Notes: generated from the letters alone by a model not told the origin. Counted from the stretch's first letter, positions 18,145-27,361 are shown. The stretch is 64,000 bases of DNA from Deltaproteobacteria bacterium (GCA_026388335.1 JAPLJZ010000247.1:1233-65232); one strand, 5' to 3'. Numbers and translations: made by a program.

Positions 18145-20447
18145 TCTTTTACCTCACCTGTTTTTCCCTCAATTTTCTCTCCGATGGCTTCTTTGATCTT
18201 TGTCTCGTCGGGATAGAAGTTTTTTACAAATCGAGTGATCTCCTCTTTGGCGGCCTCGACGTCTTTGACTACCTTGTCGTTGACAGTGGAAATGGTTTTG
18301 CCGCTGTTGACGGCTTCACCTCTGACGGCATTGTCGTCGCTCGCGGTCTTGCCGCTGGTGACCGCCAGGGCCTTATGATAGTGCCAGAGAGCCTTGGTCC
18401 AGGCGGTTTCGGATTTTGGATCTTCCGGGGACAGGGAGCGGGAGCGCATGACCCAGTAATTTCCCATGTCCAGATGTAGGTGAGGGTTTTCCGCCCAGTC
18501 GCCCGCCAAGTGGGCTGCCCTTTCCATAGACTTGTCCGCCGCCGGCATCCACTTCTCCGTGTAATCCGGCCGGTACCATAAATGGGTATATTCCCAGGCC
18601 AGGCGGACATGATATTCCGCGTCCAGGGGGTTCAAACGGATGGCTCCCTCCAGAGCTTTGATGACGGCCACTTGGTTTTCGTCCCTGCTCAGGGCCTTTT
18701 CCTTCTCATCGCCGCCCGGCGTCTGCGTCTGCCGTTGTGCCTCCTGGTCCTCTTTCCCGATCAGGACCATGGCCAGTTTATAATGGTAAGATGCGTTCCC
18801 GCCGTCCCAGGTGATCGCCTGCCGAATACGATCTTCCGGCGGCAACTGGTCCAGGTTCAGGGTCGGATTCATCCCCAGTGGGCAATTGGCATCGCCGATA
18901 AAATGCCGCACCGACCAGATACCCGCCCACAGCATTAACAAAACCAGTGATCCAAGTACCACCACGCCGCCTCGCCATAGGGGGAAGGAGTGAAAACCGT
19001 AAGTCATGGTATCATGGTGGCGTCCCTCTTCCAGGTGGAGGGCGCAAAAACCGATGGCCAGCACGGCGGTCAGGATCATAAAATTGGCAGGAATCCGGAG
19101 ATTGAAGTCGGACCAGGCATGGATAGCCGTCGCCACCAATGCCGCCAGGGACGCCACACCCAGGCAAACGGCAAAGGCACTGCGCCGGGCCAGGCATTTC
19201 CGGACTACGGGATAAAGATAATACCCTATCCCCGCAAGCATCAGGATCAAACCGACGACACCCGCCTCCGCCAGGAGCTGAACCCAGTCGTTGTGGCTGA
19301 ATATCATGCTCTGTCGCACATGTTTCGGATCCTGATAACGCGGATAGGCATATTTGAAGTTACCCACGCCGACCCCAGCCATACGATAGTCATCGAACAT
19401 TTTGAGCGAATTATGGGTAACCAGGGCGCGGTCCTGATAAGCCAGATCAAATTTCTTGAATCGTTCAACGGTCTTATCGAGACCAACAGCCAGGGAATAA
19501 CCCGACATCAGGAGGAAGAGGCCCAGGATGATCGCGCCTTTTCGCCGGAGATCTTTTCGAAAGACAAAGAATAAACCCATAAACAGGAGGGCAACCGTAG
19601 TCGCGATGATTCCGCCCCGGGACCTGGACAGGACCAGGCCGACGCCCATCACCGCGCCTGAAAAGATGATGAGAAAACGCCTGGTAAAGAAGCCCTCGCT
19701 GGAAAAAAAGACCAATATTTTTTCTTTCAGGCCATCTTTCCGGGAGGATCGCCTTGCCTTACCCTGCCCGCGAATCGCAAAGGCGCCGGCATAGGCCGCC
19801 GCCAGTATGATCCCCATCGCCATGAGACCGGCAAAATGATTCCGGTTGTCGTAAGTGCCCGTCACATCCCCAATATAATAAAGTTTTTTTGCCCACAGCA
19901 TCCGTTCGCTTCCCGAATAGGTTTCGATAATGCCATAGAGTGATTCAACCGTTGCCACGCAGAGGATGAGGAGCACCATCGTCTTGATGCGTTTCCGGGA
20001 ATTGAGGGTCCGGACAAGGCCGAAAAAAAAGAGTCCGTAGATTACCCAGCGGATGAGCGACATCCGGACGGGATAAACATAAGGGGCAAGGGTAAGCCAC
20101 TGTTCCTTCATCGCCGTGCCGCCGGCAAGGCCCGCCGCCGGTGCGGCGTAACCTTCCACAACCTTCGCCTCCGGAGATATCTTGAATAAGAGGGCTTCCG
20201 GCAGGGGAGTCATCTGTAAAACCAGGAGAACCATAAAGAAGACAAACAGGGGTATCATCCCCGTCTTCGGGAGGCAATAGGCATAGACGCCGTGGCTCGT
20301 TTTGACGATGCCTTCCTTGATCAGGAGCAGGTTGGCGATGATAATCAAAACAAATACAATGGTATACACCCAGGTATGGACAGCCCCGAAGAGCACCGGA
20401 CTGACGGCCAGGACAAACAAATAAATGATGAAAGCGGCTTTTTCCAT
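18141..20447 (-). CDS. O-antigen ligase / Wzy-like polymerase domain protein with C-terminal helical-repeat (TPR-like) periplasmic domain
   Basis: About 12 TM helices with a Wzy_C-like loop (SMIFSHNDWVQLLAEAGVVG). A ~250 aa soluble tail with helical repeats follows. Confidence 0.7.
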   Translation of the reverse strand: MEKAAFIIYLFVLAVSPVLFGAVHTWVYTIVFVLIIIANLLLIKEGIVKTSHGVYAYCLPKTGMIPLFVFFMVLLVLQMTPLPEALLFKISPEAKVVEGYAAPAAGLAGGTAMKEQWLTLAPYVYPVRMSLIRWVIYGLFFFGLVRTLNSRKRIKTMVLLILCVATVESLYGIIETYSGSERMLWAKKLYYIGDVTGTYDNRNHFAGLMAMGIILAAAYAGAFAIRGQGKARRSSRKDGLKEKILVFFSSEGFFTRRFLIIFSGAVMGVGLVLSRSRGGIIATTVALLFMGLFFVFRKDLRRKGAIILGLFLLMSGYSLAVGLDKTVERFKKFDLAYQDRALVTHNSLKMFDDYRMAGVGVGNFKYAYPRYQDPKHVRQSMIFSHNDWVQLLAEAGVVGLILMLAGIGYYLYPVVRKCLARRSAFAVCLGVASLAALVATAIHAWSDFNLRIPANFMILTAVLAIGFCALHLEEGRHHDTMTYGFHSFPLWRGGVVVLGSLVLLMLWAGIWSVRHFIGDANCPLGMNPTLNLDQLPPEDRIRQAITWDGGNASYHYKLAMVLIGKEDQEAQRQTQTPGGDEKEKALSRDENQVAVIKALEGAIRLNPLDAEYHVRLAWEYTHLWYRPDYTEKWMPAADKSMERAAHLAGDWAENPHLHLDMGNYWVMRSRSLSPEDPKSETAWTKALWHYHKALAVTSGKTASDDNAVRGEAVNSGKTISTVNDKVVKDVEAAKEEITRFVKNFYPDETKIKEAIGEKIEGKTGEVKE

Positions 20448-20471
20448 AACTACTCCGTGTTATTCGCTCTT

Positions 20472-23384
20472 TTATCTCCCGATGCGCACCCAATCCACCC
20501 TCAACTGCCGGTTGTTGTAGGCGTCGTCGGGATTATTGACCAAGTGGACTTCAATTCGATGATCGACGCCGGATATCGGTATCGTGTCCCCAGATTTATC
20601 TACTTTGAACCGGTAAATCTGCCAGCGGGGTTCCGTCACATCTACCTCACCGACTATTTGCCCATCCAGGACAACCCGCACCCGGGGCGGATCTTGCATT
20701 TGAATAAGGTTTCGGGCCTTGATATCGATGAAACCAGTCATGCGCTCGTTCCCCACGCCCGGAAAGTCAGGTACACGAAACGAAGCAGCTATGTAATTAT
20801 TCTTGAAGATCTCCCAGTAATGGTGCTCCCAGTTTCTCATAACCGGTTGTCCGGGCGTTTTCTCGGTCATGCTCTCCGCCTCGATCTGAACAAACGGCGC
20901 CGTATCAACGCAAGCCCCGACATTCGTCAAGAGGGTTGTGAATAGCCGCAATGCCCGTTCCTGATTTTCTCCCGCCGCCATAACCGAAACTGGCTGGGGA
21001 AAATGCGCTGCGGTCCGACTGAGCGACGCGTATTGAGGCTTCAGAATCTCTGTCCAGTCCAACGTATCAACGATGATAAGTCCTTTACCTGACTGCGCTG
21101 CCATAATGACGGCAGGCTCGGTAAGCTTCCACCAGCCTGGCGATAAGGTCTCAAGGTTAACGCTTTTCCCATCCCCTACAAAGGACATAGGCACTGATTT
21201 ATTCACCCCCTCCCCTTCAAGGGGAGGTTTAGGGTGGGGATGGGGTTTAGACGAGAGTTGTGGCGAAGCTAAAGGGGCAAGCTCCAGCGCCCATTTGGAC
21301 GGCGGCAGCAGGCTCGCGAAATTATAGGTCACATCGGGAAGCGACGCGGGCCAGTAAAGATATTGATTCAGAAGACCCTGGGTCAGCAGTGAAGCGTTCC
21401 AGAGAGATCCCGGGGTTCGAACCATCGGAGCATCTGGATCTCTCCCGGCAATTTTAACAGGCAAGCGCTCCTTTGACAATGACACAACCTTCAGGCCTCG
21501 CACCGGCGGGTTTATCATAGGCAATGTTTGATCATCGGCGCCCGTCAGCCAGAGGATATTTCCCGCTTTAACCCAATCCTCAAGGCGAGAGTCGGCATGA
21601 GGCTGCCGGGCAAGCTCAGACGCCGTCATCATGAAAATGCCCTGATAATCATCAGTCAATGCGGCGTTTTCGACATGAACACCCCATGCCGACAAATGCT
21701 GCTGCACTACCTCCGGAAGATGCAAGCTTGTCCCTGTTAACAACCTATCAGTGCTATCCTGCCCCGACATGTTCGCTCCGGCTACACTCCCCGTCCTTTC
21801 AGGACTTTCGAGATATCTAATGGCATTAAAGAGGATTTCCGCCGCCACCGGTTCCTTATGCGCTTTCTCAACCAACGCCAATTGACTGAAAAGTGTCGTG
21901 CCGGACACATCAGTCTTTTCGTTAGTCGTACCGGCAATACCAGGCTTTGCGATCGCCCTGCCACCCACACCGGGTTTTTCGATCAATGAGCAATAAATCA
22001 GGCCGCCTGTCCCACCGCTGACGACCAACGGCCGATACCCGCCACCGATTGGCAAATTGAAATCTTTACGGGAGATGTTCAGATCCGCTGCCCATAATCT
22101 GAACATGTCATTCCTACTCATACTGGAATCCTTTGCCCTTACGACCGGATGCCCGGGTGCGGCAACAAACCCCAACGTCGTCCCGTGCCGCTCATTAAGC
22201 GTCAGGCCCGGGGGGAATCCCAGTGGATATCTGTCCTGCTCCAGGATAAGCGTCGCTTCCCGACCGGCGGTGATTCGTTCCGTAAGCTTCCGAATTTCTT
22301 TATCGTCGAGTTTCGTTAAGGCATCCTTCCCGATGATGAGGATGCCTCGCATCTTTTTCCCCTCCGTGGCACTTGCCGCAGGCATGCTTGTCACCTTTCG
22401 ATAGGGTAACCCCAGCTTTTTGAAAAGATTCTCCGTATCTCCCAATGGATCGAAAAGATAAACCGGCTTCAGCCGCCTCCAGGTAACACCCGCCGGCCGG
22501 GGATAAACAGCCACCAATTTTTGAATGTCATCCTTTGATCTTCGGATCTCATCCCTCCCCCCTTCCGCGACAGGGGATCCAATGAGATTATTACTTCCCC
22601 CTTTCCCAAAAGAGGACCAAGGGGGATTTTCCAGGACACAAATCTTAACTTCATAATCCCGAACCGCACGGACCTTTGGCAAAGAAAACCCGATTTCAAC
22701 TTCCTGCCGGCCACCGGGCTCGACAAGAAAAGGCCCTAAAATATTAGCTTCGTAATCGCTGACTTGTTTTGATTTCCCTTTAACAGTCGAATTACCGGCA
22801 CGGACCGCTTTCGCTCCGACGGCAGCATTACCTTTGTCGCCTGCTTGTTCCCCTAACGAATAGTGAATGGATAAGCGCTTCTGCCCCCGGGTATCATTCA
22901 GCAAGATGCCTTTCCAGCGCAACGTAGCGCCGCCGTAGTATCTCTCCACGGCCTGTGGATAGAGGATCAGCTTCAGCGGTTTCAGCGCTTCTTTCAAGGC
23001 GGCGTTTGCCTTCGGACCCGCGGGCGGATTCCAGGGATTAATCATTGCAACATCCATGGCCCGCGTCGCTTCCACGGTATGTTTCCAGATTTCCCCTTGT
23101 GCGACATCTCGAATCGTACGGTGCTGCGCGTAGGCGTCATCACCGGAAATGATGGCTTCCGTGTGGGGCGCCCCACCGTAGAAATAACCGATTTCACCGA
23201 TATCCAGGGGCTTCTTTCGCTCCCAGCGCCATTTGAAATCCGGTTTGTGATACCAGAAGGAAGAAGTCGATATAGGTACTCGACCGGCTTTCTCCCCTAT
23301 CCTTGCGATCCCGCTCTTTCCCCCTCCCCTCAATCCCCTCCCGCAAGGGGAGGGGAAGCTTATTGGAATGCGCCGCCGCATCAC
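20472..23384 (-). CDS. C-terminal ~900 aa of a giant secreted glycosidase (continuation of the GH2 ORF in another frame); ends in a CBM-like beta-sandwich
   Basis: After the repeat-derived first ~30 aa it reads ...WYHKPDFKWRWERKKPLDIGEIGYFYGG, a GH2 nucleophile-like context. The C-terminus FVQIEAES...RVVLDGQIVGEV...QLRVDWVRIGR resembles a carbohydrate-binding module. No signal peptide of its own. Confidence 0.5.
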   Translation of the reverse strand: MMRRRIPISFPSPCGRGLRGGGKSGIARIGEKAGRVPISTSSFWYHKPDFKWRWERKKPLDIGEIGYFYGGAPHTEAIISGDDAYAQHRTIRDVAQGEIWKHTVEATRAMDVAMINPWNPPAGPKANAALKEALKPLKLILYPQAVERYYGGATLRWKGILLNDTRGQKRLSIHYSLGEQAGDKGNAAVGAKAVRAGNSTVKGKSKQVSDYEANILGPFLVEPGGRQEVEIGFSLPKVRAVRDYEVKICVLENPPWSSFGKGGSNNLIGSPVAEGGRDEIRRSKDDIQKLVAVYPRPAGVTWRRLKPVYLFDPLGDTENLFKKLGLPYRKVTSMPAASATEGKKMRGILIIGKDALTKLDDKEIRKLTERITAGREATLILEQDRYPLGFPPGLTLNERHGTTLGFVAAPGHPVVRAKDSSMSRNDMFRLWAADLNISRKDFNLPIGGGYRPLVVSGGTGGLIYCSLIEKPGVGGRAIAKPGIAGTTNEKTDVSGTTLFSQLALVEKAHKEPVAAEILFNAIRYLESPERTGSVAGANMSGQDSTDRLLTGTSLHLPEVVQQHLSAWGVHVENAALTDDYQGIFMMTASELARQPHADSRLEDWVKAGNILWLTGADDQTLPMINPPVRGLKVVSLSKERLPVKIAGRDPDAPMVRTPGSLWNASLLTQGLLNQYLYWPASLPDVTYNFASLLPPSKWALELAPLASPQLSSKPHPHPKPPLEGEGVNKSVPMSFVGDGKSVNLETLSPGWWKLTEPAVIMAAQSGKGLIIVDTLDWTEILKPQYASLSRTAAHFPQPVSVMAAGENQERALRLFTTLLTNVGACVDTAPFVQIEAESMTEKTPGQPVMRNWEHHYWEIFKNNYIAASFRVPDFPGVGNERMTGFIDIKARNLIQMQDPPRVRVVLDGQIVGEVDVTEPRWQIYRFKVDKSGDTIPISGVDHRIEVHLVNNPDDAYNNRQLRVDWVRIGR
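21205..21247. repeat. family-B GC-hairpin repeat inside CDS
   Basis: ACCCCCTCCCCTTCAAGGGGAGGTTTAGGGTGGGGATGGGGTT. Read in frame as KPHPHPKPPLEGEGV. Confidence 0.75.
22553..22633. repeat. family-A hairpin repeat (plus adjacent small hairpin) inside CDS
   Basis: CCCCCTTTCCCAAAAGAGGACCAAGGGGGATTTTCC preceded by CCCCCCTTCCGCGACAGGGG. Read in frame as ENPPWSSFGKGGSNNLIGSPVAEGG. Confidence 0.7.
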
Positions 23385-25101
23385 GGCGCGGCAGACTCGT
23401 CACATCTCCCAGCCACCAGGCATCCTTCGGATACTGATTCCAAAACGGCAGTTCATGAGGATAGTGCAGGCTGATGATATCCGCCACACCCTCCGGGTCG
23501 TCACCGCCGTTGAAGAGAATCGGCCGGGTGGGGTCCCACCTCTTGACCTTCCTCCCCAATTCCGCAAATTTCATCTCTGCGCGGTTGCCGTGACTGTACT
23601 GGATAGACTCGTTTTCAATACTGTAGACGATAACCGAGGGATGATTCCGGAATTTCCGCACCAAGCCCTGCCAGTGAATAGTCGCGTTATCAAAGAAAAT
23701 ATCGCTGTTATAATTATTTTGAACCACATAAGAACCATTAATCGCCGATTCTGCCACAACCAGCATCCCCATTTGATCAGCTACATCGTAATACCAATCG
23801 GGAAAAATATTCGCATGAAAGCGAACTGCATTGACATTCAAATTCTTCAAATGCTGCAGATGCTCCACAAGTTGCTGACGACTGAACCCATTATTGCCAA
23901 TCGAAGCCGTAAACAGATGGATCTTCTTCCCATTCAGCCAGAGTTCATGTCCCTTAACGATAATCTGCCGATAACCAAAGGGGATTACTTTTCTATAACA
24001 AAGTCCACCACCCAAATTAATTCTCAAATTATAAAGAACCGGACTTTTCGGCTCCCAGGGTGTCAACCCCTTCGCGTCCAGAATAACCTGAAATGTCTTA
24101 CTCTGTCCCGCCGCAACGTCGCGAACGTCGGTGACGTCAACGACGGTGATTCCTTTGCTGTCATTCCCGACGACGATTTCCTTGCCATCACCTCCCTCAA
24201 CGATGGCAATGGTCATTATCCCCTGCCACGCCCGCGCCCCCTGGTTGTGAATCTGTCCGGACACCCGAATCTTGCCGTCGGCAACCAGCGCATCCACTGC
24301 CACATCGTCCACGCGCACACCCGGCAATACCTCAAACCGGACATCATCCCAAATACCATACAGACGATGATTGCCGCCTACCGGAGCAATCGTTTTATAC
24401 CAGATGGATTTATCAAAGGGACTCCCTGGTGAAAATTGAAGGATCACACCATTCTTGTTGCTTCCTTGACCGGCTGCATCCGCTGATATCTCCTGCCCCT
24501 GTGCCTTCTCAAGCACTGAAGTCCAGTCCTGAACAAGGATAATCAATTCATTATCATTTTCTCCTTTATCCTTCACTGCTAAAGGAGAAGCAGGACGGAG
24601 TTCAGGAAATTGGGCGCTTCCCCTGTTTTTCAGGAAAGGCGTAAGATCATGTTCAAACGGCTCTAACGTCGGCCCATGCCCACCCACGAACCTGCCATTG
24701 AGATAAACCTGCGACGCGAAGGCAACACCATTGAAATGGATGATGATTCGATCGTCGATGTTTCCGGCAGGTAATGCAAAGGTTTTACGGTAGGCAGCAA
24801 AATGGGTTGGGGATGAACCTTCACGGGAAGGAATCTCTACAGGCGCCCACTTGTCCGGCTTCAGCGCGCTCAAGGAAAATTGATCGATGAATTGCCGCTG
24901 CCAAGGGCCATTCATGGAAATTATTTTGGGGTAAAAAACAGTTCCAACAGTTTCAACGGTTCCAGCAGTTCCAGCAGTTTCAACGGCATAAGCGCTTAAA
25001 ACACCAATATGCAGGCATAAAAAAAGCGTCATGATTAAGCACCATGCCGCCCCTTTTTGTCGATGTTTCATTTTAGATCGACCTGCAATTTTACAATTCA
25101 A
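23194..25101 (-). CDS. glycoside hydrolase family 2-like protein, N-terminal part (signal peptide, sugar-binding, Ig-like, start of TIM barrel)
   Basis: Signal peptide ...CLHIGVLSAYA. NAVRFHANIFPDWYYDVADQMGMLVVAES and VIVYSIENES (acid/base-type NE) are GH2 TIM-barrel signatures. The last ~55 aa are repeat or out-of-frame sequence. Confidence 0.7.
   Translation of the reverse strand: MNCKIAGRSKMKHRQKGAAWCLIMTLFLCLHIGVLSAYAVETAGTAGTVETVGTVFYPKIISMNGPWQRQFIDQFSLSALKPDKWAPVEIPSREGSSPTHFAAYRKTFALPAGNIDDRIIIHFNGVAFASQVYLNGRFVGGHGPTLEPFEHDLTPFLKNRGSAQFPELRPASPLAVKDKGENDNELIILVQDWTSVLEKAQGQEISADAAGQGSNKNGVILQFSPGSPFDKSIWYKTIAPVGGNHRLYGIWDDVRFEVLPGVRVDDVAVDALVADGKIRVSGQIHNQGARAWQGIMTIAIVEGGDGKEIVVGNDSKGITVVDVTDVRDVAAGQSKTFQVILDAKGLTPWEPKSPVLYNLRINLGGGLCYRKVIPFGYRQIIVKGHELWLNGKKIHLFTASIGNNGFSRQQLVEHLQHLKNLNVNAVRFHANIFPDWYYDVADQMGMLVVAESAINGSYVVQNNYNSDIFFDNATIHWQGLVRKFRNHPSVIVYSIENESIQYSHGNRAEMKFAELGRKVKRWDPTRPILFNGGDDPEGVADIISLHYPHELPFWNQYPKDAWWLGDVTSLPRRDAAAHSNKLPLPLREGIEGRGKERDRKDRGESRSSTYIDFFLLVSQTGFQMALGAKEAPGYR
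23316..23359. repeat. family-B GC-hairpin repeat at the frame junction of the two GH2 ORFs
   Basis: CTTTCCCCCTCCCCTCAATCCCCTCCCGCAAGGGGAGGGGAAGC. Read as LPLPLREGIEGRG in one ORF and SFPSPCGRGLRGGG in the other. Confidence 0.75.
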
Positions 25102-25390
25102 CGGAATTGAGCCAGTCTTCCAGATTGACTTTCAAAGCCATGTTCCTCTTTTTCAGCAAAAGGAGAAAGTCCCACATGTTCAAATCCAGCATGCGGCAGG
25201 CTTCTTCCACGGAAAGATCGCCGGTCTGATATTTCTCCAAAAGCCTCACCTGCCGGTCTTCATCAAACCCTTTTTGCAAGATTTCCCGCAGATACGCCGA
25301 TTTATCGAGGTGCATATTTTTGACAAACGAAGTTATCTCCTTCAGAAATTCTTCAGGTATCCTCACTGTTGCCGGTTTCAACATTTCCAA
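25091..25390 (-). CDS. RHH / UPF0175-like antitoxin-type protein
   Basis: TVRIPEEFLKEITSFVKNMHLDKSAYLREILQKG (CopG-like RHH), then LEKYQTGDLSVEEACRMLDLNMWDFLLLLKK (UPF0175-like). Confidence 0.5.
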   Translation of the reverse strand: MEMLKPATVRIPEEFLKEITSFVKNMHLDKSAYLREILQKGFDEDRQVRLLEKYQTGDLSVEEACRMLDLNMWDFLLLLKKRNMALKVNLEDWLNSVEL

Positions 25391-25579
25391 TCTCCTCCAG
25401 TCTCAATAGTGCTTCAGCAATGATATCGGGTGCATAACGTCCCTCAATGCGCATCTTTTCAATGGCTACTTTTGCCAAAGGTCTTTCGATGCGTCCACGC
25501 CGGTACAACTCCGTGGCGATCTTCGGGGATATGATAAAAGGCAGGTTCAGAAATCTGCATGTCTTAATGTTTCGTCCCC
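25353..25579 (-). pseudogene. C-terminal remnant of a DUF3368/PIN-like toxin (no start codon)
   Basis: Open frame reads ...LPFIISPKIATELYRRGRIERPLAKVAIEKMRIEGRYAPDIIAEALLRLEEIGN. It starts directly after the stop of the MazF-like gene and has no ATG/GTG. Confidence 0.3.
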
Positions 25580-25942
25580 CTACAAGTTAAGAACGAGTTT
25601 TATCGCCTGGTCTATATCGGCCATCCGATGGGTGGGCACCTGTCCGGCAAGATTGGGCAGATGTGTCTCGGGGTGATAGAAACGGGAAGGGTCAATTGAG
25701 CGTAACTGGAAACAAAGGAAAACAGTGTCTATCGGGAGCCCCGTTTCTTTAGCAGTGACACGAACATTGGTTGGATAGTCGCGGGGGACATTTCTGGCGT
25801 CTGTGCCTACAACCACGGTTACGACGAGTGGTTGCAGATTGATAGCATCGCTCGAAACGACCAGAACAGGTCTGTATCCGGCTTGCTCCCGGCCTTGAGT
25901 CGGATTCAGATTTGCAAAATAGATCTGACCGCGGTTAATCAT
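25580..25942 (-). CDS. MazF/PemK-family endoribonuclease toxin
   Basis: MINRGQIYFANLNPTQGREQAGYRPVLVVSSD is the canonical PemK/MazF N-terminus. 8-bp overlap with the upstream antitoxin. Confidence 0.85.
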   Translation of the reverse strand: MINRGQIYFANLNPTQGREQAGYRPVLVVSSDAINLQPLVVTVVVGTDARNVPRDYPTNVRVTAKETGLPIDTVFLCFQLRSIDPSRFYHPETHLPNLAGQVPTHRMADIDQAIKLVLNL

Positions 25943-26210
25943 TCTTTAAACCGTCCGCTTCCGCAATGGCAAATTCTTTTGATAGAACGGCACATTCCTT
26001 ACGGATGGCGGGATCAGCCGCCATCCGTGCCATTGACTCTTCAAAGGACCGCTTCTTTCGTTGGGTAACGAAATCCTGCAACGCCACCGTTACGAGACGG
26101 TTTAAATTTTCACGCAACTCAGGAGGAGCAACGGTGAGTACTTCTTCAATGAGTTTGTAAGGCAGCGCCACGCTGCGGCGAACGGTCTTGGGTGATGGTT
26201 CTGATTTCAT
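25935..26210 (-). CDS. RHH-type antitoxin partner of the MazF-like toxin
   Basis: KTVRRSVALPYKLIEEV...LVTVALQDFV (ribbon-helix-helix). ATG at 26210 sits behind GAAAGGA; the track ORF starts at a TTG at 26231. Confidence 0.6.
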   Translation of the reverse strand: MKSEPSPKTVRRSVALPYKLIEEVLTVAPPELRENLNRLVTVALQDFVTQRKKRSFEESMARMAADPAIRKECAVLSKEFAIAEADGLKND

Positions 26211-26231
26211 GTCACACATCCTTTCACACAA

Positions 26232-26271
26232 AATTTAACCCATAAAATGTTACTTGTCAAGCATAAAATGT
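26232..26271 (-). promoter_or_regulatory. sigma70-like promoter with flanking direct-repeat operator for the mazEF-like operon
   Basis: On the minus strand, TTGACA (26260-26255), a 17-nt spacer, then TAAATT (26237-26232). The 10-mer CATAAAATGT occurs at 26241-26250 and 26262-26271, 21 bp apart. Confidence 0.5.
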
Positions 26272-26479
26272 ATCCGGCCAATACCGGAAAGGCGGTACAA
26301 TTTATAAGCGATCCAAATCGAAACAGTGACGATCGCAAAATCAATCAACTGGCATATAAAATAGTAAGCCTTCTGGTAAATCATTGTTTTCATACGCTAA
26401 GATGGTTGATTTAGAAAATAACGGATATGCCCTGAACGATCTTTCTTCTCATGATTGTTTTATCGATGACGGGATTTAA

Positions 26480-26602
26480 TATTGCAAAGCACTTAGTCTC
26501 TCTACCGTTCAGAAGTGGGAGATCGGAGATAAGCATCCTGCCGGCCCTTCTCTCAAATTATTGAGCATTCTGGACCGTAAGGGACTGGAAGCACTGAGGT
26601 AA
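26480..26602 (+). pseudogene. C-terminal fragment of an XRE-HTH antitoxin (HigA/MqsA-like), frameshifted
   Basis: Reads ...KALSLSTVQKWEIGDKHPAGPSLKLLSILDRKGLEALR* with TAA immediately upstream. The upstream half (MTGFNIAKHL) lies in another frame. Confidence 0.35.
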
Positions 26603-26700
26603 ATTGAAAAATATAAGGAGGCATCGCCCCTATTTCCCCAAGGAGAGACGTGCCTTTTCGCACACCAATTACAAATCAATGCTGACCGTTACAGATTCAC

Positions 26701-26743
26701 TCCCCCCTTTAGTAAAGGGGGGAAAGGGGGGATTTTATACAAA
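26701..26743. repeat. family-A hairpin repeat abutting the stop codon of the response regulator
   Basis: TCCCCCCTTTAGTAAAGGGGGGAAAGGGGGGATTTTATACAAA. Confidence 0.8.
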
Positions 26744-27217
26744 CTACTTCCATATCATGCCGAGGATGATGCCCAGAATCAACCAGATGGGGATGGAGGC
26801 GATCAGGGCCCAGAAAAGACCGGTCATCGTCTTCAATGATTTTTTCGTCTTCCTGGTGCTGAGAATCCTCTCCACTTTTATGCGGATGTCTTCCATGTGA
26901 AAAGGCTTGGTCACATAGTCATAGGCCCCTTCCTTGATCGCATTGACAGCGGTGTTTGTATCCGGGAAGCCTGTAATCATCAGAAAATATACTAGACTGT
27001 CCTGCATTTTTATCCTTTTCAGCAGTTCAAGGCCGTCGATCTTCGGCATCATAAGGTCGGAGATGACGCAGTCGAATCTGCCCGGGACAAACTTCATCAG
27101 CGCATCCGCCCCATCGATAGCGGTGACCACTTCATGGCCGCAACTCGTAAAGTATTCACCTAAAGCCGAGCGGATGGCTTCATCATCATCGACTATCAGG
27201 ATACGTCCAGCATTCAT
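26744..27217 (-). CDS. single-domain response regulator (REC) with C-terminal transmembrane helix
   Basis: ILIVDDDEAIR...DCVISDLMMPKIDG...VTKPF (receiver-domain residues). Tail GLFWALIASIPIWLILGIILGMIW is a TM segment. No output domain. Confidence 0.8.
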   Translation of the reverse strand: MNAGRILIVDDDEAIRSALGEYFTSCGHEVVTAIDGADALMKFVPGRFDCVISDLMMPKIDGLELLKRIKMQDSLVYFLMITGFPDTNTAVNAIKEGAYDYVTKPFHMEDIRIKVERILSTRKTKKSLKTMTGLFWALIASIPIWLILGIILGMIWK

Positions 27218-27361
27218 TGCCTACCTCCAATATTAACTGGGAACAGTTCGGTATTTTTGAATTGGTACTTCCCAGGAAGGATTTGCGGCTTTATCCGAAT
27301 TATACCTTCCATTAGTCGTCGTAATAAATCGTATACTATTCCTAATTTAGCGTTAAAGCAT

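Noticed and set aside
3217-20447. Calling this a PEP-CTERM/exosortase EPS locus.
   Set aside because: The Wza, Wzc, priming-transferase and ligase-like genes resemble those loci. However, no exosortase (EpsH-like) gene and no PEP-CTERM-tailed protein are present in the window. The FecR-like tails lack the PEP motif, TM helix and Arg cluster.
26604-26900. 98-aa plus-strand ORF.
   Set aside because: It overlaps the family-A repeat and runs antisense to the well-supported response-regulator gene. No motif.
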